A stretch of DNA of 24,502 nucleotides, taken from the IMG/VR virus record IMGVR_UViG_3300038316_000210. One strand, given 5' to 3'. Shown here one piece after another: positions 1-7,520 of the stretch (the stretch's first letter is position 1; every line of letters begins with the position of its first letter). The stretch is from a virus. Position numbers and translations under genes: made by a program. Below the pieces are notes generated by a model. The model was not told where the DNA came from and searched no databases. It worked only from the letters and a program-made list of their open reading frames with translations.

Positions 1-162
1 GGTAGTGTTACCATATCAAGTGTGGTTGATGATTTGGAAAGTGTGATTGATTAATGATAGATTATTGCGCTATGTTGACATTAATACTTTAAGGTTAATT
101 TGGGAATAGAATTTATACTAAAGTAGAATGACTATCCTCACCTCATAAAACCCTGAACTCGC

Positions 163-194
163 TAACGGTTTTTTCGTTAACGAAAATTCCGTTA
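163..194. repeat. 32-bp imperfect palindrome with a perfect 16-bp core TTTTCGTTAACGAAAA (171-186); operator-like
   Basis: TAACGG(163-168) pairs with CCGTTA(189-194) around the self-complementary core; only two T.T mismatches. Confidence 0.75.
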
Positions 195-235
195 ACAAAA
201 CCTATTAATCTTCATTATCATATCAAGATTAATAT

Positions 236-252
236 AAAAATACTTATATAAA
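236..252 (+). promoter_or_regulatory. archaeal BRE/TATA-like promoter
   Basis: AAAAATACTTATATAAA, about 30 nt upstream of the ATG at 282; resembles AAANNTTTATATA. Confidence 0.5.
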
Positions 253-281
253 TCTATTAATATATAATGATATATATATAA

Positions 282-452
282 ATGGTTGAATATAAATACC
301 CTCCTGGATTATTGGAACACATGAACAATATACATGATTTCACATCTCATCTACGTTACTGATCCATCACGAATTGTCATTGCCCATATTGCGGTAAATG
401 GATATTCCCCGCAATTATGAGGAGATTAGAGTATTCGACAAATAGTCGATAA
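282..452 (+). pseudogene. small ORF interrupted by an in-frame TGA (360-362); Zn-finger-like motifs
   Basis: Manual translation MVEYKYPPGLLEHMNNIHDFTSHLRY*SITNCHCPYCGKWIFPAIMRRLEYSTNSR*; CPYCG motif after the stop. Confidence 0.3.
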
Positions 453-483
453 TCCTTTGAGTATATCGAATGGATACCGCATA

Positions 484-926
484 GATACGCAATGACGATA
501 CCAACATAGCGTCATTATCGTATCACCCTTCAGACTGCATAGAAAACAGGGCATAATGAGCAGGGATTAGAACGCTATACAATGAGGGATTGATGATAGA
601 CACAAACAATAACGAGATCAAGTTAATTCAGTTTTACTTTTACTCTGTCATACCCATATCACTACCCTATGAGACGTACATAGTGCGTCTACAATGCGCG
701 CACTCACCTAGATGATATGCGAGTATCCCTATGCTGATATGTGACAGTATAGGGTTACTGTATGGCTATGTTGATTGCGTCTCATGTATGAGATAGACCA
801 CCATTATTCACCAGTGTTTGTGACCATGTATACCTATGTACATTGATGAACATATGTGAGCATTGATGTATTGATTCGTACATCTACGAAAAGTGGAAAC
901 CGGGGCCGGGAGCGACGCCTTCGGTT
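484..926. other. ORF-poor region with several predicted helices (candidate structured ncRNA or DNA signal)
   Basis: Pairings 484-489/519-524, 491-497/510-516, 669-676/778-785, 682-687/699-704, hairpin 722-759, 875-880/885-890, GC-rich hairpin 898-926 followed by T-rich tracts. Confidence 0.4.
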
Positions 927-1044
927 AAGTGTCTCTAAAATTTTTTATATTTTTTTATCTAAACATGCCTAAATTAACACCCAAATCAACAAGTAACACA
1001 CAACATTTAAAATCAATAAACACAAAATATATATTGATGTTTTT

Positions 1045-1458
1045 ATGAATAACGAATTATCCTATTACCAACGTAATAAAGAACGTATTTTGCAATACCA
1101 AAAAGAAAGATATTACAATGATAGAGAAAATGTATTGGAAATATCAAAAAAATCATATAAACGTCATAGTGCTGATTATATTGAAAAAGCAAGAATAAGA
1201 AAACGTCAAAATAAAGTTAATTTTATACTCTACAAAGGTGGTAAATGCGTCATCTGTGGATTAGAATTTAACGGAGATAACCAAACTGTATTCGATTTTC
1301 ATCATATTAACCCTGAAGAAAAGTTATTTGAAATTGCACATTCAAAAATGACATTAACAAACGATAATATGCGAAATGAATTAGATAAATGCCTTTTACT
1401 CTGTGCGAATTGTCACCTGGAACTACATCAAAAACAGAGGTTAAAACTTGGAGAATAA
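1045..1458 (+). CDS. HNH endonuclease (Zn-binding phage type) with basic helical N-terminus
   Basis: GGKCxxCG...FDFHHINP...ELDKCLLLCANCH motifs. Confidence 0.85.
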   Translation: MNNELSYYQRNKERILQYQKERYYNDRENVLEISKKSYKRHSADYIEKARIRKRQNKVNFILYKGGKCVICGLEFNGDNQTVFDFHHINPEEKLFEIAHSKMTLTNDNMRNELDKCLLLCANCHLELHQKQRLKLGE

Positions 1459-1732
1459 AGAAAAAGAAATACCTTACAAATTTGATCGTAATTCTTGTAT
1501 CATTTTTATGGGCGGTAAATGCTCAATATGCGGTTATGAATTTAATGGTCAAAACAGTGATGTATTTTCTTTCCACCATATTAATCCTGAAAATAAGAAA
1601 TATGAAATTGGTATTAAACAATTACGCTGTAGAAAGGCCACCACCATTTTAAAAGAATTAGAAAAGTGTGTGTTACTCTGTGAAAACTGTCACAGATTGG
1701 TGCATGATAAGAAAATAAAAATTGATGAGTAA
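1448..1732 (+). CDS. HNH endonuclease, paralog of the upstream gene, lacking the N-terminal extension
   Basis: GGKCSICG...FSFHHINP...ELEKCVLLCENCH; TTG start after AGAGG; overlaps the upstream gene by 11 nt. Confidence 0.85.
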   Translation: MENKEKEIPYKFDRNSCIIFMGGKCSICGYEFNGQNSDVFSFHHINPENKKYEIGIKQLRCRKATTILKELEKCVLLCENCHRLVHDKKIKIDE

Positions 1733-1750
1733 AATTACACATTTAACTAT

Positions 1751-1975
1751 TCAAAAACACCACTTTAATCCATCATAAATCAACAGAATCCCAATCCAAA
1801 ACGCAATCATTAACCCAAATACTATTAATCCTACAAGGATACCAAATCCAATACTTGTAATCCATGTAATACCTGTCAATAATCCCACGATAAGTAACAT
1901 AAAGGAACAAAAGAAAATCCACAACCATCCAAGAAATACACTTAACAAATCAATATTATCTATGTCAAAACGCAT
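1751..1975 (-). CDS. small membrane protein (about 2 TM helices)
   Basis: 74 aa, almost entirely hydrophobic; abuts the next gene in the leftward operon. Confidence 0.7.
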   Translation of the reverse strand: MRFDIDNIDLLSVFLGWLWIFFCSFMLLIVGLLTGITWITSIGFGILVGLIVFGLMIAFWIGILLIYDGLKWCF

Positions 1976-2263
1976 TTATTCCCATCCCATAAGTTTTCTA
2001 TAATCCTTTTTCAATCTAATAAATTGATGCTTTAATAAACAATACTCACTTTCCAAATCTTTATATTTACGAATCAACTTTTTATAATCTGTGTCAATTT
2101 CCTCAATCACTTTTAAAGCATCGTCAAGTTCTTTTTCCATAATCAAAACTACACTCTTATAGTAATTTATTCCCATTCCTAACGTGGTATCGGTTCTCTT
2201 AAAATATTCTGCTTCGATTTCTTCATCGGAAAATGATGATAATAATTGTTTGACCATTTTCAT
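1976..2263 (-). CDS. hypothetical coiled-coil protein
   Basis: Charged heptad-like C-terminus; ATGA overlap with the upstream ORF. Confidence 0.7.
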   Translation of the reverse strand: MKMVKQLLSSFSDEEIEAEYFKRTDTTLGMGINYYKSVVLIMEKELDDALKVIEEIDTDYKKLIRKYKDLESEYCLLKHQFIRLKKDYRKLMGWE

Positions 2264-2457
2264 TCACCAACACCCAATTCCTCTTCTCGCAAAGACAACA
2301 TCTTATACTCATTAAACTGTAACTCTTCAAACTGTTCTTTCATTTGTTTGAATTTCATCATAAGTGTATGATGATATGTCCATCTATCATCTTTATAACA
2401 TTCAAAGAATAGTTTGGTGTTGATAACATTACCATCGTTACCAATTACGCATGACAT
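2260..2457 (-). CDS. hypothetical protein
   Basis: 65 aa; tightly packed in the operon. Confidence 0.65.
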   Translation of the reverse strand: MSCVIGNDGNVINTKLFFECYKDDRWTYHHTLMMKFKQMKEQFEELQFNEYKMLSLREEELGVGE

Positions 2458-2588
2458 CTCTTACACCTTACCCCATTATCAATATACTCTACAAAATCAG
2501 GACAAGTGTAACAATATTCAGACAATACTAATTTATCAAAGAACGGACACTTTACACATTGATATTTCTCAAGAATACCATATTCCAT
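2445..2588 (-). CDS. 47-aa Cys-rich protein with three CxxC pairs (not in the ORF track)
   Basis: MEYGILEKYQCVKCPFFDKLVLSEYCYTCPDFVEYIDNGVRCKRCHA; TAATG coupling with the upstream ORF; AAGGTGG RBS. Confidence 0.7.
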   Translation of the reverse strand: MEYGILEKYQCVKCPFFDKLVLSEYCYTCPDFVEYIDNGVRCKRCHA

Positions 2589-2755
2589 TATTCCACCTTC
2601 AAAGCCTTACCAAACAATCCCCATACGAGAGTATTCACAATCACCAACATAGTGGGAACAAACCCATCAACAATACCAAATAAACACGTAAGCGAAGTGA
2701 ATCCTACCGTGAAGAGAAATAGAGTGTAATAATCAAATTTCATTGTGAGAGTCAT
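2588..2755 (-). CDS. 55-aa membrane protein (not in the ORF track)
   Basis: MTLTMKFDYYTLFLFTVGFTSLTCLFGIVDGFVPTMLVIVNTLVWGLFGKALKVE; fills the gap in the leftward operon. Confidence 0.65.
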   Translation of the reverse strand: MTLTMKFDYYTLFLFTVGFTSLTCLFGIVDGFVPTMLVIVNTLVWGLFGKALKVE

Positions 2756-2758
2756 TCC

Positions 2759-3046
2759 TTACACCTGTTTAAATTCAATTGATACTTTATCATCATTACT
2801 TTCAAACGAGACAAGTTCAAAGTTACAAACATCTACCTTTGTATCATCAAATTCATTTACCTTACCTACTACGATTTTATCATAATACACAAGTCTACCT
2901 TTAACTTCACATTTTTTAGGAATTGGAAATGTCAATGTAAACTTCTGTGGACCATCAGAAGCATTACCAAATATTTGTGTAACCTGATCATCAGACACGG
3001 TGTAATTACCTGAAACTTTAAAAGGTGTAAGTGGATTGAATTTCAT
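2759..3046 (-). CDS. hypothetical beta-rich protein
   Basis: 95 aa; ATGA coupling with the upstream 48-aa ORF. Confidence 0.7.
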   Translation of the reverse strand: MKFNPLTPFKVSGNYTVSDDQVTQIFGNASDGPQKFTLTFPIPKKCEVKGRLVYYDKIVVGKVNEFDDTKVDVCNFELVSFESNDDKVSIEFKQV

Positions 3047-3189
3047 CTCTTATCCTCTAAATGATAAAATCCATTTTCTGCAAGTTCACGAATGCGAGAA
3101 ATATGTAAGAAACAATTAGTGCCACGGCTACAATTTAAAGCCATTTCTTCAAGCATACATAAATCTCTTACAAGTGTTTCTTGATTCAT
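3043..3189 (-). CDS. 48-aa hypothetical protein (not in the ORF track)
   Basis: MNQETLVRDLCMLEEMALNCSRGTNCFLHISRIRELAENGFYHLEDKR; GGTGAGGTG RBS upstream. Confidence 0.65.
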   Translation of the reverse strand: MNQETLVRDLCMLEEMALNCSRGTNCFLHISRIRELAENGFYHLEDKR

Positions 3190-3199
3190 TACACCTCAC

Positions 3200-3511
3200 C
3201 TAATCCGTAACAATAAGAATCGTTGCGGGGCCTTCTTCCGATTTAGTTCCACAACCATGATATTCAGGATAAATAAGATGTAACAAATATCTGTTCCCAA
3301 CACCAACTACGAATGTTTCAACACCCATACGTTTCTTCAATTCTTCAACTAAATCTTTTGTCGGTATTCCACCAATGATTTCATCGGTAACAAGACAATC
3401 AATCTCATCAAACAATTTATTCATCTTTTCTTTATGTGTCATTCTCTTCTTACAGTCTACATTAATCTCAACATCGTAATACAGTTTACCGATTGATTTA
3501 CCATTTTCCAT
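3200..3511 (-). CDS. hypothetical protein (start probably ATG 3511)
   Basis: GGAGTGA RBS 5 nt before the ATG at 3511. Confidence 0.7.
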   Translation of the reverse strand: MENGKSIGKLYYDVEINVDCKKRMTHKEKMNKLFDEIDCLVTDEIIGGIPTKDLVEELKKRMGVETFVVGVGNRYLLHLIYPEYHGCGTKSEEGPATILIVTD

Positions 3512-3523
3512 TTTAATCACTCC

Positions 3524-3964
3524 TTACAGATTCCACAAATTCACATGCCCCACAATTTCTGCATTTTCAAATATAATATCATTTCTATAATTGGTATAAT
3601 ATGTTACTTTACAAGATTTATCATACCATCGAATATATACGTTTTCGTTTGATACAATTTCTATTAAACCTCTCATTTCATCACGCTCAATTACATCACC
3701 AACGCATAGATCCTTCACGTAGACTTTCCTACACGGTTTGATTACAAGAGTCTCCCAATTAATAGGACCATTAAATGTCATTCTATATTTCCCTACATAA
3801 CACGCAATAATAGGATGAAAAACACCACAGTTATGTGTTTCATCGTAATGATAGTCAACACCCACACTGTCAATTACAGCATTGACATCCTTGTAACCCC
3901 ACGGTTCATAGGAAAGTTTTACTTTCATACCGGGTTTCAACTCTAAGTAGTCTTTACATGACAT
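3524..3964 (-). CDS. hypothetical protein, possibly two SH3/KOW-like beta domains
   Basis: LKPGMKV and LCVGDVI motifs; start lies 23 nt below a TATA-like box (leaderless). Confidence 0.7.
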   Translation of the reverse strand: MSCKDYLELKPGMKVKLSYEPWGYKDVNAVIDSVGVDYHYDETHNCGVFHPIIACYVGKYRMTFNGPINWETLVIKPCRKVYVKDLCVGDVIERDEMRGLIEIVSNENVYIRWYDKSCKVTYYTNYRNDIIFENAEIVGHVNLWNL

Positions 3965-3984
3965 ACAATAGAATATACGTAGGA

Positions 3985-4000
3985 GGAAATAAAGGTTACG
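3985..4000 (-). promoter_or_regulatory. leftward promoter CGTAACCTTTATTT
   Basis: TATA-like box 23 nt upstream of the ATG at 3964; same CGTAACCTTT core as at 5772-5781. Confidence 0.55.
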
Positions 4001-4020
4001 ATTTAGTTTGAAAAGAGGAA

Positions 4021-4278
4021 TTAGAATTTAGGGTAAGAATAAATAATTTTACAGTCTTTCATTTCAATCCAACCAAGCACAATTTCATCACCATATCTTA
4101 TTTCATGACGATGAGTAGGATAATCAGTAAATGATACTATTTGCATTCGACTATGTTCCATTTCAAACATTGTGCAATAATTCCAACACTGTATAATTAC
4201 GTCATTTTCTATTCTTGCCCACTTTTCAGATACTTCATTTGCATCAAATTTAGGGACACATACTTCATCTATAATCAA
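4021..4278 (-). CDS. hypothetical protein (start probably TTG 4278)
   Basis: GGGGTGA RBS 5 nt upstream of the TTG at 4278. Confidence 0.65.
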   Translation of the reverse strand: MIIDEVCVPKFDANEVSEKWARIENDVIIQCWNYCTMFEMEHSRMQIVSFTDYPTHRHEIRYGDEIVLGWIEMKDCKIIYSYPKF

Positions 4279-4320
4279 ATAAATCACCCCAAAACATATC
4301 AAAACTGCATACTTTAGACA

Positions 4321-4403
4321 CCTATCTTACGCGGGACATACTTTTACATGGGTGGGAAAAGTAGTATGAAAAAAGTGATGTTTTACTCTTCAAAATGGGC
4401 TTA
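4321..4403. repeat. copy A of an 83-bp dispersed intergenic element (copy B at 7876-7958)
   Basis: Ungapped alignment gives 50/83 identity, with 24/26 in the last 26 bp and a shared CCTATCTT start. Confidence 0.7.
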
Positions 4404-4619
4404 AAATACTTGCAGTTGATAACTATCAATCTTCTCTACCTTTTTAATCTCATGCATCTGTAAATATTCAATAAACATATTGGTTACAGATGGATCATAC
4501 TTACACCCTTTGTCGTGAAACATGAAATCATTCCACAATTCACGAATCCTTTCGTAAGAAATATCCACCTGGATAATACCATCTACCTTGTAACCATCAG
4601 TAATTACAAACAAACTCAT
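4401..4619 (-). CDS. hypothetical protein
   Basis: 72 aa, normal composition, in the leftward operon. Confidence 0.7.
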   Translation of the reverse strand: MSLFVITDGYKVDGIIQVDISYERIRELWNDFMFHDKGCKYDPSVTNMFIEYLQMHEIKKVEKIDSYQLQVF

Positions 4620-4640
4620 GCAAACACCATGTCATAAATC

Positions 4641-4913
4641 TCACAAATACCATGTTCCTTCTTCTATACCATGATAAATTTTTATGTGTAACCGAAATTC
4701 AATCATATCAATGTTACAGTCACCGCGCCGAATCTCCTTTGACAGTTCATTGAAAACATACTCAAGATCATCACTCTTCTTTGTTGAGAATATACCAAGT
4801 TTCCTACCAGAATCAAGTGTAAGAACAATCTCATCCTGGAATATTTCCATGAGTGATATGTTATCAATGCAAATCAGATTCCTGTTAGAGTAAATGTAAC
4901 GCATATTAATCAT
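4641..4913 (-). CDS. hypothetical protein
   Basis: 90 aa (true start may be ATG 4904); overlaps the upstream ORF. Confidence 0.7.
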   Translation of the reverse strand: MINMRYIYSNRNLICIDNISLMEIFQDEIVLTLDSGRKLGIFSTKKSDDLEYVFNELSKEIRRGDCNIDMIEFRLHIKIYHGIEEGTWYL

Positions 4914-5286
4914 CCTCTACTATAATCTCAGGTAAGGGTTCATGTCCTGTATCCAAAGGAGTACTGAAGTCTACTGTCCATCCACCTTCAGGAAACCGTT
5001 TCCAAGCATAAGCGTGACGAATAACCTGATGAATATCCCATGCCTCTTGTCCCGGCCCTACAATGTCATTATAAATACTGTAATACTCGTTAGACTCCAA
5101 TTCTGGGAATATCATCTCGCGTAGGCGGTCAAGATAGAAACGCGCATTATCTTGATTGAACTCATGCTCGAATCTAAATTCATCGGAGATTACATGAAAC
5201 TGTCCCATACGCACACGTGAGTAAAATTCAAGTGCGTTCATTATTACTTGTGCCTGTTTTTCGTTGAAAGTAAGAGTGAATTTCAT
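4906..5286 (-). CDS. hypothetical phage protein
   Basis: MKFTLTFNEKQAQVIMNALEFYSRVRMGQF; TGATG coupling with the upstream gene. Confidence 0.75.
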   Translation of the reverse strand: MKFTLTFNEKQAQVIMNALEFYSRVRMGQFHVISDEFRFEHEFNQDNARFYLDRLREMIFPELESNEYYSIYNDIVGPGQEAWDIHQVIRHAYAWKRFPEGGWTVDFSTPLDTGHEPLPEIIVEDD

Positions 5287-5729
5287 CACTCACCACCTTC
5301 CACAAACTTCCTTACAGGTGTTCTCTTCACTTCCACAAGCGCATACTCTACCACTTCAGCATCTTCGGGATATTCCTGGTAGAGATAAATGGATGTGCGC
5401 GTTTTACAATTGTAACCAGTTCTCTGTTTAAAATGGTTTTTTATTTGCCATCGTTTCATCCAAATTTTACCATTCTTTACAAAGAGAGGATTCAAACCAC
5501 CACTTGAGAATAATCCATCCTTCTCTACGCGAAATACAGTATCGATTACTTCACGTTCAGTAAGAATTTCAGCAAAGTATTCTGCACCACTAGAAAGTAG
5601 TTCAAGTTTCGGATCAAAATGACATTGACCCCACACTTTACCTTTACAACCCACTGCATCACAATCAGCGCTCATATTTTCACACGGAATTACATCTTCC
5701 ATGTTACCAATGAAACGATACCTTTTCAT
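5286..5729 (-). CDS. hypothetical phage protein with Cys-rich N-terminus
   Basis: AAGGTGA RBS 6 nt upstream; GLFSxGG..P.F.K.GKIW motif recalled from phage hypotheticals. Confidence 0.75.
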   Translation of the reverse strand: MKRYRFIGNMEDVIPCENMSADCDAVGCKGKVWGQCHFDPKLELLSSGAEYFAEILTEREVIDTVFRVEKDGLFSSGGLNPLFVKNGKIWMKRWQIKNHFKQRTGYNCKTRTSIYLYQEYPEDAEVVEYALVEVKRTPVRKFVEGGE

Positions 5730-5738
5730 TCCTTTTCA

Positions 5739-5783
5739 CCTTACAGTATACAGTTACAAGTGTAAGGATAAAAAGGTTACGAA
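5739..5783 (-). promoter_or_regulatory. leftward promoter with an inverted repeat CCTTACA/TGTAAGG over the start region
   Basis: CGTAACCTTTTTAT (5768-5781) plus an inverted repeat at 5739-5745/5761-5767. Confidence 0.55.
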
Positions 5784-5854
5784 ATGAAACACAAAAGAGA
5801 AAAAGGGTAAGGAAGATAATACTAATGAAATACTAATATATTTAAAATTAGTAT

Positions 5855-5995
5855 TTAGATTACTGTAATGGTCACTACAACCTTCTTTCCTTCAAATTCT
5901 GAAATAGTATTCTCAATGAAATCCTCATCAACGCACCACAAATCATATTTGTTGTCGTAAGAAACAACCCCTTCAAGAACAATATCAGTAATCAT
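5855..5995 (-). CDS. 46-aa hypothetical protein (not in the ORF track)
   Basis: MITDIVLEGVVSYDNKYDLWCVDEDFIENTISEFEGKKVVVTITVI; starts 3 nt after the upstream stop. Confidence 0.65.
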   Translation of the reverse strand: MITDIVLEGVVSYDNKYDLWCVDEDFIENTISEFEGKKVVVTITVI

Positions 5996-5998
5996 TGT

Positions 5999-6250
5999 TT
6001 ACGCCTCCCAAATATCAGTAATAACTACCATGTTTTTATAATGTGCAACTCTACCCTTATTCTTTGTCATGGGGTCATCGGTAGAAACCACTGAAACTGC
6101 ATATCTCTGTTGTCCATACCAATCATATGGTTCAATGCCGCATACTTTTCTTACTTTCAGTTCACTACTGTTGCCCGATCTTGAAGCGAGACAAACAATG
6201 TCACCCACTTTGATTTCTCTGCCTAGAATATCTGTAACCATGTAAGTCAC
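5999..6250 (-). CDS. small SH3/KOW-like protein
   Basis: DILGREIKVGDIV motif. Confidence 0.65.
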   Translation of the reverse strand: MTYMVTDILGREIKVGDIVCLASRSGNSSELKVRKVCGIEPYDWYGQQRYAVSVVSTDDPMTKNKGRVAHYKNMVVITDIWEA

Positions 6251-6264
6251 ATCCCAAAAAAGGG

Positions 6265-6633
6265 TTACTCCATCTCCTCTGCAAGTTCAGCCGTTGCAAG
6301 TGCAAGCCAATCAATGAACTCTTCCCTACACGGACAACCGTAGGTAAGGTTGGTGAAGAAGGTAGTGAATCCTTCAATCGTAATGACAAACGATTCATCA
6401 CCCTGCTCAACAAGATCCATCTCCTCCAGGCGATTCAACATAACCTGCTGTGACTCCTCGCTCTTGAACTCGTCCTCACCCGCACCAAGCATCTGCTTAC
6501 ACAGCACCGCATAGATGATTGCCGCGCCCACATCTGTAGGGTAATACTGTCCCGATTCTGTGCGCTCAACGATTCCAATTCCCTCAAGGATGTCGTATCC
6601 TTCCTTTACTTCATTGCTAACTTCGGGTGTCAT
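6265..6633 (-). CDS. strongly acidic protein with two winged-helix-like wing motifs; first gene of the leftward block
   Basis: 27 D/E vs 6 K/R in 122 aa; LEGIGIVERTESGQYYPTDVG and LEEMDLVEQGDESFVITIEG; locally about 50% GC. Confidence 0.75.
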   Translation of the reverse strand: MTPEVSNEVKEGYDILEGIGIVERTESGQYYPTDVGAAIIYAVLCKQMLGAGEDEFKSEESQQVMLNRLEEMDLVEQGDESFVITIEGFTTFFTNLTYGCPCREEFIDWLALATAELAEEME

Positions 6634-6730
6634 GTTTCTCTTGCACCGAATATTATGTCTACCCTTCGCTATATATGCGTTGTGTAATGCGTTTGGATTG
6701 AAAAACGAGTAAAGAAAGAAAGTTTGAGTT

Positions 6731-7245
6731 AATTGTAAGGTAAGTGAGTAGACTAATTTAGATTGTGGTTACTTGTAAGAAAGATGGGTCTATCCCATAA
6801 GTCATGTAAGGACATCTGCATATATATTATTAATATTATTATTACTGATTCATTACACGTAATAGAATACAAAAATAGATGTGAAATAGAATTACGTGTA
6901 AGGAGAAGAGAATAAATATATATTTACTATCATCATTACTGATTTCTTACTGAAAATAGAATACCACATCGATTTGGAATTAGGTTTGGTATGGGTTTTG
7001 GCATAAATATAATATTTTATAATATATTTATTACATGATTCTTACATGAATATTATTACCAGTAAGAATATAGTATAATATATTATTATAATATTCTTAC
7101 AAGAAATAGAATACAAAATAGAATATCAGTAAGGATAGTAAGTATAATAATCATTATACTATTTCCTTACACTATTCTTACTGGAAATATAATAGGAATA
7201 ATGATTTCATAATATTTGTACATATATATGTACAAGTGTAAGGAG
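6731..7245. repeat. AT-rich array of GTAAG/CTTAC and AATAGAAT repeats (candidate origin or operator array)
   Basis: 14 GTAAG/CTTAC copies counted between 6735 and 7242; about 5 AATAGAAT copies; 20-bp perfect palindrome at 7216-7235. Confidence 0.65.
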
Positions 7246-7270
7246 GAGTATTAATATCATTTTAAAAGGA

Positions 7271-7321
7271 GCGCGAAGCGCGATTGGCGGTAGTCGAGCG
7301 TCTCAACGCGAGCGTAACCGC
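7271..7321. other. GC-rich hairpin island
   Basis: GCGC-GAA-GCGC (7271-7281); GCGGT..ACCGC (7287-7321) enclosing GCGT-CTCA-ACGC. Confidence 0.55.
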
Positions 7322-7419
7322 TGTGACAAAAAAAAGAAAAACCGGAAAAAAGAAAATGTAATATTGTGTGGCAACTTGCCCCACGAAGAACCCCTTACCC
7401 CTTATATTTGAAACTCATA

Positions 7420-7436
7420 GTATATAAAGGTTTCGG
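7420..7436 (-). promoter_or_regulatory. consensus archaeal promoter CCGAAACCTTTATATAC
   Basis: Exact AAANNTTTATATA match on the minus strand; no ORF follows. Confidence 0.7.
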
Positions 7437-7520
7437 TCCATGTTGATATTTTTGGAGTGTCATATATCTTATTAGATATAAAATATATATATAATTATTA
7501 CTGATAGTAATATTGGTAAT

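Noticed and set aside
1-54. Possible C-terminus of an upstream plus-strand gene (GSVTISSVVDDLESVID*)
   Set aside because: Only 17 codons visible; cannot be supported
426-515. 29-codon minus-strand ORF with a GGGTGA RBS
   Set aside because: Very short, lies within a hairpin, no recognisable motif
526-545. Group I intron R-element-like CTTCAGACTG
   Set aside because: Poor match, with no S element (P7 partner) or flanking exons found
1389-1652. 87-aa alternate-frame ORF
   Set aside because: Overlaps both HNH genes; no motif
2414-2683. 89-aa plus-strand ORF
   Set aside because: Antisense to two coupled minus-strand ORFs (2588-2755 and 2445-2588) with RBS support
6731-7245. CRISPR mini-array
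   Set aside because: Repeats are 5-10 bp, in both orientations and irregularly spaced; no 25-40 bp direct repeats
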